A stretch of DNA of 64,000 nucleotides, taken from the NCBI GenBank assembly GCA_965242965.1, contig OZ251518.1:800001-864000 (forward strand), written 5' to 3'. Of this stretch, positions 18,152 to 27,332 are shown piece by piece (the first letter of the stretch is position 1; each line of letters begins with the position of its first letter). Both the position numbers and the translations under genes were made by a program. The notes beneath the pieces were generated by a model that ran no database searches, was not told where the DNA came from, and saw nothing but the letters and a program-made list of their open reading frames with translations. The stretch is from Candidatus Poribacteria bacterium. Its GTDB lineage: Bacteria; Poribacteria; WGA-4E; WGA-3G.

Positions 18152-19264
18152 TCAAAAACGCCACAACAAACTCAGAAAATGCGTATTGATAATATCGCCG
18201 ATGAGGAGCGCGTAATCAAGGCGGAACTGACGCAACTGCACCCCCACGCCGCTCGTCAACCCACCGGAGCGATAACCCATCCGGAGTGCCAACGGCGCGC
18301 TGAGGTGATATTCCGCGCCGAGGTGCGTTTGCCCGCCATAGCGTCCCTGCCACTGATAGGAGACGATGAGTTCCCGGTTGAAAACGCGACGGTTAGAATA
18401 CGCCAGCCCGAGGTTCACATTCGCCGGAATCGACTCTTTGTAAGTTGCAAACGGCGTGTTCCACGTCAGCGTCGTCTGTGAGATGTCTTGCCAATTGATG
18501 CCGAATGCGAAACTGCCGACTTGCAAACCAAAAAGCGCGTTGAGATCTGGGATACGGATGAGCATCCCGGCATCAAATCCATAGCCGCTGCTGCCGTAAT
18601 TGTAGATTGCAGCAGATGCCTCGTCTAGACTGCCCCCATCGTTGATGCGCTGCGAAATCCACTTCGTGTTAAGCCCAATGAGGAACTCTGGCGGCAACGA
18701 CTCTCTCCCGAAATTATCCCACCACGATTGACTGACGACGAACCGCTTCGCGAGGGTAAGGACATACGCGTTTTCGCTATCGCTGAGGTAACCTGTCGGG
18801 ATAAAATCTTGCTCTTTCGGACGCAGTCGCTCAATGTTTTTCCGTGCATCTGCGCTGATATTTTCGTCAAACGCAGGAATAGTCGGGTAAATCGGAATAT
18901 CGTCAATCCCGGCGCGAATCCACGAAACCCCAACGGCGAGGTTCGGGACGATGTGCCGAACGCCGCTCACATAGTTAAACGCGCCTAACCCCGAACGCCG
19001 GGCGGCGTGCATCAAACAGACTTGATTGGCGGTGGCAGTGCCACCTTCCGCTGTCGTTGCTTGTTGACGTGCAACGCTTGCGATGCCTGCAGGATTCCAG
19101 TAGGTTGCCGTGGCATCGTCCGCGATGCTGACATAGGCACCGCCGAGCCCGAGGGCGCGGCCGCCAACGCCGTTCGTCAAAAAATCCCCGGTATAGTTTT
19201 CCGCTGATGCCGCTAAAACGGCGATGCAACTCCAGCCGATCAGCAGCAGAATTTTCTTAGCCAA
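18152..19264 (-). CDS. PorV/UPF0164-like outer-membrane beta-barrel protein
   Basis: Signal peptide; FL..GVGGRALGLGGAYVSIADDATATYWNPAG; amphipathic strands; C-terminal Phe; TTG start after an AAGGAA RBS. Confidence 0.8.
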   Translation of the reverse strand: MAKKILLLIGWSCIAVLAASAENYTGDFLTNGVGGRALGLGGAYVSIADDATATYWNPAGIASVARQQATTAEGGTATANQVCLMHAARRSGLGAFNYVSGVRHIVPNLAVGVSWIRAGIDDIPIYPTIPAFDENISADARKNIERLRPKEQDFIPTGYLSDSENAYVLTLAKRFVVSQSWWDNFGRESLPPEFLIGLNTKWISQRINDGGSLDEASAAIYNYGSSGYGFDAGMLIRIPDLNALFGLQVGSFAFGINWQDISQTTLTWNTPFATYKESIPANVNLGLAYSNRRVFNRELIVSYQWQGRYGGQTHLGAEYHLSAPLALRMGYRSGGLTSGVGVQLRQFRLDYALLIGDIINTHFLSLLWRF

Positions 19265-19321
19265 TGCTTTCTGTTTCCTTCTCGTTTTTTGGATAAACCT
19301 AACGCTTAATCCCAGATTAAC

Positions 19322-19770
19322 TGAGGGTGTTTCATCTATCAATGCCTTCCCAGTAGGAGAGACCTCCTGGTCTCGATGCAATACCGTAGGTGCTCCCTCC
19401 GGGTCTTGATTTTCCCGTAGCGCGGGGGCCCTCGGATGCCATCCGCGCATCCGAGCGGGTTTCCCCCGCGAGCGTTGGATTGCGCGAGCGATGGCGAGGG
19501 ACAGGCCCTCGCCCTACGGTGAGGGACAGGCGTTTTTTCCCGTAGCGCGGGGGCCCTCGGATGCCATCCGCGCATCCGAGCGGGTTTCCCCCGCGAGCGT
19601 TGGATTGCGCGAGCGATGGCGAGGGACAGGCCCTCGCCCTACGGTGAGGGACAGGCGTTTTTTCTCGTAGCGCGGGGGCCCTCGCCTTACGACGAAGGGG
19701 ACCTTCTGCCGCCGCGGTCCCGGTAGGCGCGCCTCCCTAATGCATCGAGACCAGGAGGTCTCTCCTACGG
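19322..19770. repeat. MITE TIR plus REP cluster with a 125-bp tandem duplication
   Basis: tgagggtgtttcat at 19322; duplicated units at about 19414 and 19539. Confidence 0.8.
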
Positions 19771-19791
19771 GAAAATCACGACCTGGGGTGC

Positions 19792-20667
19792 CTACCGGGC
19801 GTGTTCCATCCGATTCAACTCAAAAGCGTTCCAATAGTATTGATACTTCGTGGAATGCCAATCGGCGTAAATCTCATCCCAACCCATCCGATTAAAATGC
19901 GGCAGTAACGAACCCTCCGTGACAGGCTTGGAGCCTCCCTGATACCGGTAATCCACCGAGAGGCGAATCCGTTCTGCTGTCTGATTCGGCAGTGCCTTAT
20001 GCACGGTGTGGCTATGAAAGAAGAGCGCGTCGCCGAGCGCGAAATCTCCCGCCACCCACTCAAGGCCGTCTGCCTCCAACGGCGCGGTATCAATGCCGAG
20101 TCCGCCTGCGCCGTGTGCCGGCTTCACCGGGAATATACCGAACCGATGTGAACCAGCAAGCACTGACAACCCACCTAACTCTTCCGGGCACGCGCCGAGC
20201 GGAATCCACCCCGTGTAGGTATCTTCCGTGCCGCGGATGTGGATGTAATCCTGATGCGCGGGGGTTGTATATTTAGTGTTTTCTGGGAACATAATTCTTC
20301 CAATATTCCGCGGATGCACGAGCGTCTTCTCGCCGAATAGCTTGTCGCATACGTCCAAAATCGCCGGGTGATGCGCGAAGGCGTGGAACGATTCAAGCCG
20401 TTGGAATTTGTCTAAAACGGGCCAATATCCGTCATCGCCTTCCATGAAAGGCGTGCTGGTGCGGATAGCGTCCATCAGGTTTTCGCCGCCTTCTACCCAT
20501 CCGTGGCGGTGGCAGATTTCTAGGAAATCTCGCCGCAGATTGAGGATAGACTCGGCATCAATGAGCCCGCGGAAGTAGAGGTAGCCGTCTTGTCTCGCCT
20601 GCTCTCGCAGTTTCTCGGCATCCTCTATCAGTGGATTTGAGACGGTAAAGGGTTTGATTTGTGTCAT
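19792..20667 (-). CDS. Phytanoyl-CoA dioxygenase (PhyH) family Fe(II)/2OG oxygenase
   Basis: DGYL.FRGL, HQD (HxD), WIPL, GSHR, GDALFFHS.TVH and RLSVDYRY motifs. Confidence 0.92.
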   Translation of the reverse strand: MTQIKPFTVSNPLIEDAEKLREQARQDGYLYFRGLIDAESILNLRRDFLEICHRHGWVEGGENLMDAIRTSTPFMEGDDGYWPVLDKFQRLESFHAFAHHPAILDVCDKLFGEKTLVHPRNIGRIMFPENTKYTTPAHQDYIHIRGTEDTYTGWIPLGACPEELGGLSVLAGSHRFGIFPVKPAHGAGGLGIDTAPLEADGLEWVAGDFALGDALFFHSHTVHKALPNQTAERIRLSVDYRYQGGSKPVTEGSLLPHFNRMGWDEIYADWHSTKYQYYWNAFELNRMEHAR

Positions 20668-20813
20668 CGTGTTCTCCTTATCAAATTCTCTATCAATTAT
20701 ACCATCAAAACCGATGGTGTGTCAACAAAATTGTTGCCGCCGCAAAATTTCCTTGCGCTCTTCTCCGTTTTCAGGTAAACTATGATGAATTCCATTGACG
20801 AGGCACGCTCGCG

Positions 20814-21095
20814 ATGCTATTTATTTTTTTTGTCGTCCTCATCCCGATTGCGGTTTGGCTGGTTTTGCATTTCGTATCCCGGCGCGAGGCGGATGACGAA
20901 GCACTCCCGAAAGTCCCGATGGAGGTGTGCGCGCTCTGCCAAAACGAATTCCCGATGGAGCAGCTGCTTGAAAAAGAGGTGGGCGGCTACGGCAGAGTCT
21001 ACTGTTTCTGTGGGCAATGCATTGAGAATTTAAACCGCGAATATCAAGAGACGCGCGCTCACAGCACGCCTACCGAACACACCGAAACCGAATAG
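20814..21095 (+). CDS. Small membrane-anchored protein with a putative zinc ribbon
   Basis: N-terminal TM helix, then CALC and CFCGQC. Confidence 0.6.
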   Translation: MLFIFFVVLIPIAVWLVLHFVSRREADDEALPKVPMEVCALCQNEFPMEQLLEKEVGGYGRVYCFCGQCIENLNREYQETRAHSTPTEHTETE

Positions 21096-21105
21096 GATAG
21101 GATGC

Positions 21106-21235
21106 CGGTAGGAGGGACATCCCTGTCCCGATACGAACTAGTAGGAGGGACATCCTTGTCCCGATACGAACCAGTAGGAGGGACATCCCTGTCCCGATAC
21201 GAACCAGTAGGAGGGACATCCCTGTCCCGATACGA
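21106..21235. repeat. Tandem 33-bp REP (GTAGGAGGGACATCCCTGTCCCGATACGAA) x4
   Basis: Four near-identical head-to-tail copies with no unique spacers. Confidence 0.9.
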
Positions 21236-21250
21236 AGAGGAGATTTTTCT

Positions 21251-22294
21251 ATGTATGATTTGATAACCTTTGGCGAAGCGATGATTCGCCTGACAGCACC
21301 AGAGTTTATGCGGCTTGAGCAGACAGACACTCTCTCGATTACCGCTGGCGGCGCGGAGATGAATGTTGCCGTGAACGCCGCACAACTCGGCTTGAAAACC
21401 GCCTGGGTATCGAGGCTTGTTGACAATTGGAGTGGCCGCTATATCCGCAACAAAGGCCGCGAACTCGGCGTGGATATGTCCAACATCGTTTGGGTGGATT
21501 TTGACGGTGTTGGATTGGAACGCAACGGATTTTATCACTTGGAATTAGGCGCGGGACCGCGTGCCAGCAGCGTCACTTACGATAGAGCATATTCGGCGAT
21601 GTCCAACGTGCAACTCGGCGAGATTGACTGGGCATCCATTTTTAGTGGCGCGCGATGGTTTCACCTCAGCGGGATAACACCGGCGTTGTCGGAATCGGCG
21701 GCGGCTGTCGCGGCAGAGGCATTGCAGGCAGCGCGTGCAGCGGGAGTCAAAACCAGTTACGATCTGAACTTCCGCTCTAAATTGTGGAGCGCAGAACAGG
21801 CGCAAGCGGCGAACCGGCCGATGATGGAGCATGTCTCTGTCCTCATTGGTAACGAAGAGGATTTCGAGAAATCCCTCGGCTTCGCAGCCGAAGGCACGAC
21901 AGAAGCATACAGCAAGCTTGAACCCGACAGTTACAAAAACGTCGCGCAGCGTGTCAAGGACGCGTTCCCGAACATCGAGATAATCGGCACGACGCTACGC
22001 GATGCCAAAACCGGCTGGCTCAATGACTGGCGCACCTTGCTTTTCGATGGCGAGGAATTCTACCTCTCGCGCATCTACGAAGATTTAGAATTAGTAGACA
22101 GGGTTGGCGGCGGCGATAGTTTCTCGGCGGGATTAATTTACAGCCTGCTGAACGGAAAATCGCCGCAGGCTTCTGTCGATTTCGCGGGCGGCTATTCCGC
22201 CTTAGCGCACACTTTCCCCGGCGATTTCAATTGGGCAACCGCCGAGGAGGCAGAGAAAGCGATGCAGGCAGGCGGCGTTCGGATTAGCCGTTAA
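21251..22294 (+). CDS. kdgK: 2-keto-3-deoxygluconate kinase-like PfkB sugar kinase
   Basis: FGEAMIRL, GGAEMNVA, FHLSGITPALS, SYDLNFRSKLWS, GNEED and DRVGGGDSF motifs. Confidence 0.85.
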   Translation: MYDLITFGEAMIRLTAPEFMRLEQTDTLSITAGGAEMNVAVNAAQLGLKTAWVSRLVDNWSGRYIRNKGRELGVDMSNIVWVDFDGVGLERNGFYHLELGAGPRASSVTYDRAYSAMSNVQLGEIDWASIFSGARWFHLSGITPALSESAAAVAAEALQAARAAGVKTSYDLNFRSKLWSAEQAQAANRPMMEHVSVLIGNEEDFEKSLGFAAEGTTEAYSKLEPDSYKNVAQRVKDAFPNIEIIGTTLRDAKTGWLNDWRTLLFDGEEFYLSRIYEDLELVDRVGGGDSFSAGLIYSLLNGKSPQASVDFAGGYSALAHTFPGDFNWATAEEAEKAMQAGGVRISR

Positions 22295-22349
22295 GGCTTG
22301 TTATCCGCAGGCGGGAACGCGAGTTCCCGCCATGCCTTCTGCCTGCATT

Positions 22350-22583
22350 TCAAGCCGTTTGAACCTCGGTAAACGAAAGCATATTTGCCTTACCGCATCC
22401 TAAAATTGCATCTTGAACGAAAGTGGTTGCATTGAGAATCTCAATGCCGATGAGTTCACCCGCCTCGTTCAATTCCGCCGTGATGTCAGGGCTCAGTTCA
22501 AGACTGCCTCTTTCTGGTCCTTCCGAAATCACGAGGTGTAATATGTCTTCTTGTTCAAAATATCTCAACTTTGCCTTAGTCAA
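22350..22583 (-). CDS. DUF2283 family small protein
   Basis: YFEQEDILHL.ISEG...ITAELNEAGELIGIEILNAT; GGAGG RBS before a TTG start. Confidence 0.75.
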   Translation of the reverse strand: MTKAKLRYFEQEDILHLVISEGPERGSLELSPDITAELNEAGELIGIEILNATTFVQDAILGCGKANMLSFTEVQTA

Positions 22584-22607
22584 CGGTATACCTCCCCATA
22601 GAAAAGC

Positions 22608-22956
22608 GAGGGGGGCGCATCGGGCCCACCTCTGTAGTTCGGGAGCACCCGCTCCCGAACGGTTCAGGATCGCTTGGCAGGTATGCCAGAGCTTCAGACG
22701 ATCCTGACCTACAGGGGTGAGTCTGTCAGCCAAACGCACGGCGAGGGCCTGTCCATCGCCCTACGCGGAAGGGGGCCGTTTTTCGACCAAGAAACCCTCC
22801 TGGTACCGTAGCGCGGGGGCCTGTCCCCCGCGAACATCCGGTAGACCGCAGCATGGCGAGGGCCTGTCCCTCGCCCTACGTGAAGCGGCGGCGTTTTTTT
22901 CACCGCATCGCGGGGGACTGTCGCCGCGACGTTGAGCGATTTATGAAACACCCTCA
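22608..22956 (-). mobile_element. Inverted copy of the MITE/REP element
   Basis: cgcgacgttgagcgatttatgaaacaccctca (ends 22956) matches the reverse complement of the left end at 2349/5635; same REP order reversed. Confidence 0.65.
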
Positions 22957-22988
22957 TAGGAATGGAAGACTGCAACCGGAGAGTTCGG

Positions 22989-23969
22989 CTACGCATCGTC
23001 TTCCTGCACTTCGTCGCGCTCGGGGGCATACAAGCGGTAAATCCCACGTCTTACCCACCAATAATATTGGTAGGCCCCGGGATGATAAACGTATGACCGC
23101 ACATTGGGACATCCTGCATTAAGCTGCCCCTGCAATGTACGAGAATTGAAATTGGGATACTCCTGCCTGACATGTGCCAGGAGCTCTCTGGGCGTAAATT
23201 CAACGTTTGTGTCTCCATCTGTGAGTTCACGCGCTGCTTCCAACACCACATCTCTTACCAAGCGGTCATCCGACCACCGAACTGAAATGCTGGAGGCTAT
23301 GCTTCCACCTGTTGAGGGGTTGTCGCTTGACTGCGGCGGGGTTTGGGGAGTCGCCCGCAGCAGAACTTTGAGGGTGGCGTTTTCTTCTCCTCCAACCTTC
23401 GCTTCCGTAGTGACGAGCACATCTTCCAATTCGGTTTCAAAGGTTGAAACAACTATACAGTTAATGTCCATGTCATGCGAGTCCCGGAGAAATTGGCACA
23501 CCTTCAGGATCCTATCCGGAATTCTCTGCGCTATGATGAATAAGCGCAAACTCCGATTTAACGGCGGAACCTCGTCGGTGTCAAACTCTTCGCAAAAAGC
23601 GGCTTGAAATTTACCGCGTGTCTGGGAATAAGCATCCCCTAACTGGTGAATCTCCTCGTCGGTAAGCGTCTTTGCCCAAGCCGCATATTCCAGCAGCTGC
23701 GCTACGACTTCACGTGGAGCCTTGTCCTTCTTTAGCTCGACAATGACAAGATTTCCTTCAATGTCAACGCCGAGCAGGTCGGGAAAGACGGTGGTGCTTT
23801 CAACTGTCGCACTGGTTTGTCTGCCAATCCAGATGAGAGACTCGCCGGTAAGTGCCCACGGGCTATTTTCTAGCCAATTCTCCAGATGGCTTTCCAATTC
23901 AATAGCCTTTTCATTCGCGATGACGAGCCTCGCGTCGGCACCGTCACCTTCTAATCTAAACAGAGACAT
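22989..23969 (-). CDS. NucS-like PD-(D/E)xK endonuclease with a C-terminal putative winged-helix domain
   Basis: E..LE.WL..., PDLLGVD.EGNLVIVELKK and REVVAQLLEYAAW motifs; C-terminal FTPRELL..YPNFN..T. Confidence 0.78.
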   Translation of the reverse strand: MSLFRLEGDGADARLVIANEKAIELESHLENWLENSPWALTGESLIWIGRQTSATVESTTVFPDLLGVDIEGNLVIVELKKDKAPREVVAQLLEYAAWAKTLTDEEIHQLGDAYSQTRGKFQAAFCEEFDTDEVPPLNRSLRLFIIAQRIPDRILKVCQFLRDSHDMDINCIVVSTFETELEDVLVTTEAKVGGEENATLKVLLRATPQTPPQSSDNPSTGGSIASSISVRWSDDRLVRDVVLEAARELTDGDTNVEFTPRELLAHVRQEYPNFNSRTLQGQLNAGCPNVRSYVYHPGAYQYYWWVRRGIYRLYAPERDEVQEDDA

Positions 23970-24121
23970 TGTTTCCTCCATAGGCGGAGTTCTTGGCACC
24001 TCGCGCGCAAGCGCGGCTTGCCAAAACCCCGCAATTTTCGTTTGTGAATTTCATAACGGCAAGTTAACAAGCAACCACATAATCCTGCTAATCTTACTAA
24101 TCTTGGCCATCCTGCTTCAGA

Positions 24122-25357
24122 TTACGTATGCCGCAGTGCGTCAATCGGTGCCATCTTCGCCGCTTGACTCGCAGGATAGTAACCGAAGAAAATGCCCACC
24201 GCCGCCGCCGCCCCAACCGCAGTCAGCACCGACTTTAAGGTAATGACGGATGGCCATTGAAAGCCGAAGAACTTCCCAACTACCCACGCGAAACCTTGTC
24301 CGGTAATCGCGCCTAGCACAATGCCTAGCAGACTGCCGACGAGGCACAGAATCACCGACTCTGTCAGGAATTGGATGCGAATGTCGAACGACTTCGCGCC
24401 GACTGCTTTCCGAAGCCCAATCTCCGGAATCCGTTCTGTCACCGAGACGAGCATGATGTTCAGGATACCGATGCCGGCGACAATCAAGGCGACGGAGGCG
24501 ATGATAACCAGCACCATTTCTATGACGAAAATCGTCTGTTTTGCGGACTTAATGCCCTGCTTCGCCGACCAGGTGCGGAAAAACGTGTCATCCCCGCTGT
24601 GGTTGCGCCGCAAAATGGTTTTCACCTCTTTGAGTGCCTGTTCGACTACCGCCGGGCTTTTCGCGCGCGCCATGATAGCGCCGACGTTTTTGCTACCCCA
24701 AAATCGGTTTTGGGCTGTGGTAATCGGAATGAATATCATGTTGTCGTCACTTCTACCCTCCTCTAACCCATCGCCGCGGCTCTCCATAACGCCGACGACG
24801 GTGAAGCGTCTGCCGTTAATCGCGACCTCCTTGCCGAGCGGGTCCGCGCCTTTAAACTGCTCCTCCCAAACTTTTGAGCCGATGACACAGACTTTCGTCC
24901 AGAAACTCATGTCTGAATCGGCGAGGAATCTACCGTATTGGGTTTTCCACTGGCGCACCTCTTGGTATTCGCGCGTCGTCGCACGCATATAGGTTTCCCG
25001 ATGTCGCCCATCAACTTTGAAATCAATGTAATAACTCGTCTCCACGGTGGCGAATTCCACGGAGGGGCATTCTTCCCGAATTGCGCGCAAGTCGCGCATT
25101 TCCAATTTATGCGGACTCGTATTGCGCCGCCAACGGCCGTTCACCTCAACCCAACCGGGCCGGTAAACGCCGAACATACTGGGTCCGCCGATTTTCTCGA
25201 TTTCCGACATGATGAGTCTTTCCGCGCCTGCGCCGATGGACATCATCGCAATCACGCCCGCGATGCCGATCATGATGCCTAAAAGCGTTAAGAGGGTGCG
25301 AAGTTTGCTTGCGCCCAGCACGGAAAACGCCGAGATAAAATTTTCAAGGAGTTTCAT
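24122..25357 (-). CDS. MacB/FtsX family ABC transporter permease
   Basis: LRTLLTLLGIMIGI and GIGILNIMLVSVTERIPEIGLRKAVGA motifs; ends PIDALR. Confidence 0.93.
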   Translation of the reverse strand: MKLLENFISAFSVLGASKLRTLLTLLGIMIGIAGVIAMMSIGAGAERLIMSEIEKIGGPSMFGVYRPGWVEVNGRWRRNTSPHKLEMRDLRAIREECPSVEFATVETSYYIDFKVDGRHRETYMRATTREYQEVRQWKTQYGRFLADSDMSFWTKVCVIGSKVWEEQFKGADPLGKEVAINGRRFTVVGVMESRGDGLEEGRSDDNMIFIPITTAQNRFWGSKNVGAIMARAKSPAVVEQALKEVKTILRRNHSGDDTFFRTWSAKQGIKSAKQTIFVIEMVLVIIASVALIVAGIGILNIMLVSVTERIPEIGLRKAVGAKSFDIRIQFLTESVILCLVGSLLGIVLGAITGQGFAWVVGKFFGFQWPSVITLKSVLTAVGAAAAVGIFFGYYPASQAAKMAPIDALRHT

Positions 25358-25559
25358 GTTTCTCTATTTTCCTTGCATGAATTCCCGAAGGCTGCTAAAC
25401 TATGTATGAGACGCGCCCTCGCGAATTAACGTTTGATAGTAGTATACCATAAAAATTTTGACGATGCAAGTTTTTAATTTTTATCTCGGTAGACGCGGTT
25501 TGTAACCGCGCGTTTTGGAGATGCACGCTTGCAAAGCGAATTTTGAAGGCAGATGACTC

Positions 25560-27332
25560 GTGGACACAAATCGCTCACATATCCCTAGCGGCACCGTGCT
25601 TCAATGGCCCGGGGCGCAAAAACCGGCGGTGCCACGGGGCATGCGCGCATGGATACAACTGCCTTCCGCCTTGCTGCAGACACGCTATCGGTTAAAGGCG
25701 ATAGAACGAACCTTCGGAGAAGCCGAGGACGCGTGGATAATTCAGTCAGTGCTTCGACAGTGGGAAGCGCAGGAACATGAATTTCATGAGCACTATCTCA
25801 TCGCACAGCCGCATGCAGGCGAACCGTGCTATCAGATCAGCGAGTATGTGCAGCGATGCGTAGCAGGCGAACTTGCCATCGCGGAACGGTTGCGCGGGAG
25901 AACCGTGCTACACCTCTACCAAACCGAAGGACAAGGCACGCGAGATCTGTTGAGTGCAAACGGCGTTTCGGTATTCATAAAACAGGTGCTGATGCCTTAT
26001 CTCAACGCACACGGGAAAGCGTCCCTCATCGGTTTCGCGTGCGAATTGCCGCGGTTTCTATCCATCTTGGATTCAGAGGCCGATTCGGTGCCGTGGAGCC
26101 GGACGTTGGAAGACGCTGTTCAGGCATACTTGCCGCTCGTCTTTTATGAAACTTACGACTCCGCGGCGGTTCGGAACGCGTTTTGGCGCGCGGTGACGAA
26201 GCAATTCGCGAGTTGCTTCCTCGCGGGCGTGCGCGATTTTTGTCATCAAGAGGGATTACGGTTCGCTGTGAGTATCTCGGAAAGTGCTAGAACGTTAGAA
26301 TTTGAACTAGGCGCGATGCTGACGGCGGTGGACTGTCCGATACTCCATCTGTCTAATGAACGGAAAGCGCGCTTGCAACGCGCGACTGCAGGCGGCACGG
26401 CAAGGCGTTTTGTCGTCTCCCAGTGGGTTTCTGGGAACGCGCGCTACGCGGGGCTCTCGCGGAAAGGTTCAGGACAACTGCAGCAGACGCTGCAAGATGT
26501 TGCCCTCGGTTTTAACCTCTCGGTTTCCGAAAAACCGCCGCCAATGTGTGAGGACTTGTTGGCAATTGGGCATCCGAAGCGGCAGCTGTTGATGCTCGCA
26601 CCGACGCAGAGTCTCTGGACGAAACCTGATGAGAAGCAGTGGAATTATCTGACGAAAGCGTGGGGGTGGCTGTGCCAAACGGTATCGCAGTTGGGATACG
26701 ATTTTCGGATTGTCTCTGAAGGAGAACTGCGTTTGGCAACGGTAGATAAGAGATGTCGCGGGCTCTATTTTACCGATTCAGCTGCTGTTTATCGCATCGT
26801 CCTGCTGCCGAGTTGCATCTCGCTGCAGGAAGAGACGGTGGACTGCCTGCGCGCATTCACAAAAGCGAAGGGACAGTTGATAGCGAACGAACCGGTGCCG
26901 TATCTGCTCAACGGACGCATCGGGCTGAAGCCGTATCCGCTGGAACGACTTATTTATGGGCGGCGGACAACTATCCTCCGCGGTCCGCCCGATGAACGGG
27001 CGGCGGCACTCAAAAAGTATCTCCGAAAACGGGTAACCCGTGTTATTTCGGTGTATGCAAAACCGATGAACGAACCGACACTGGCACTCCGGTGTCAGCA
27101 CCGAGTGACTGAAACGTCAGATCTGTTCTATCTCTACAATGCGGCGCGTGAACCGATTGATGTCTTAATTGAGATGCGCGGTGCTTCGGAGAGTGTGCAG
27201 GAATGTTGTTTGCTGGCAGGCACGAAAACCGCCTCTGATTTTTGGCTTGCCGATGGAAAAACGTATCTGCATTGCGCATTCGCGCCTGAACAGGCGAGGT
27301 TTTTGGTGCGTAGAAAAAGGAGGGAACAATGA
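25560..27332 (+). CDS. Hypothetical protein; divergent glycoside hydrolase-associated (GH106/GH42 middle-domain-like) fold possible
   Basis: 590-aa ORF; VR..FW..V...F...F..GVRDFC..EGL, GYDF..VSE, YRIVLLP and LFYLYN segments; overlaps the next gene by ATGA. Confidence 0.5.
   Translation: MDTNRSHIPSGTVLQWPGAQKPAVPRGMRAWIQLPSALLQTRYRLKAIERTFGEAEDAWIIQSVLRQWEAQEHEFHEHYLIAQPHAGEPCYQISEYVQRCVAGELAIAERLRGRTVLHLYQTEGQGTRDLLSANGVSVFIKQVLMPYLNAHGKASLIGFACELPRFLSILDSEADSVPWSRTLEDAVQAYLPLVFYETYDSAAVRNAFWRAVTKQFASCFLAGVRDFCHQEGLRFAVSISESARTLEFELGAMLTAVDCPILHLSNERKARLQRATAGGTARRFVVSQWVSGNARYAGLSRKGSGQLQQTLQDVALGFNLSVSEKPPPMCEDLLAIGHPKRQLLMLAPTQSLWTKPDEKQWNYLTKAWGWLCQTVSQLGYDFRIVSEGELRLATVDKRCRGLYFTDSAAVYRIVLLPSCISLQEETVDCLRAFTKAKGQLIANEPVPYLLNGRIGLKPYPLERLIYGRRTTILRGPPDERAAALKKYLRKRVTRVISVYAKPMNEPTLALRCQHRVTETSDLFYLYNAAREPIDVLIEMRGASESVQECCLLAGTKTASDFWLADGKTYLHCAFAPEQARFLVRRKRREQ

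Noticed and set aside
21106-21235. Possible CRISPR array (four 33-bp repeats)
   Set aside because: The repeats are head to tail with no unique spacers, start with the GTAG REP foot, and no cas genes are present.
24075-24120. Short (A/C)ATC(C/T)T 9-nt periodic repeat between the permease and the nuclease
   Set aside because: A single low-complexity occurrence in the window; no function can be supported.
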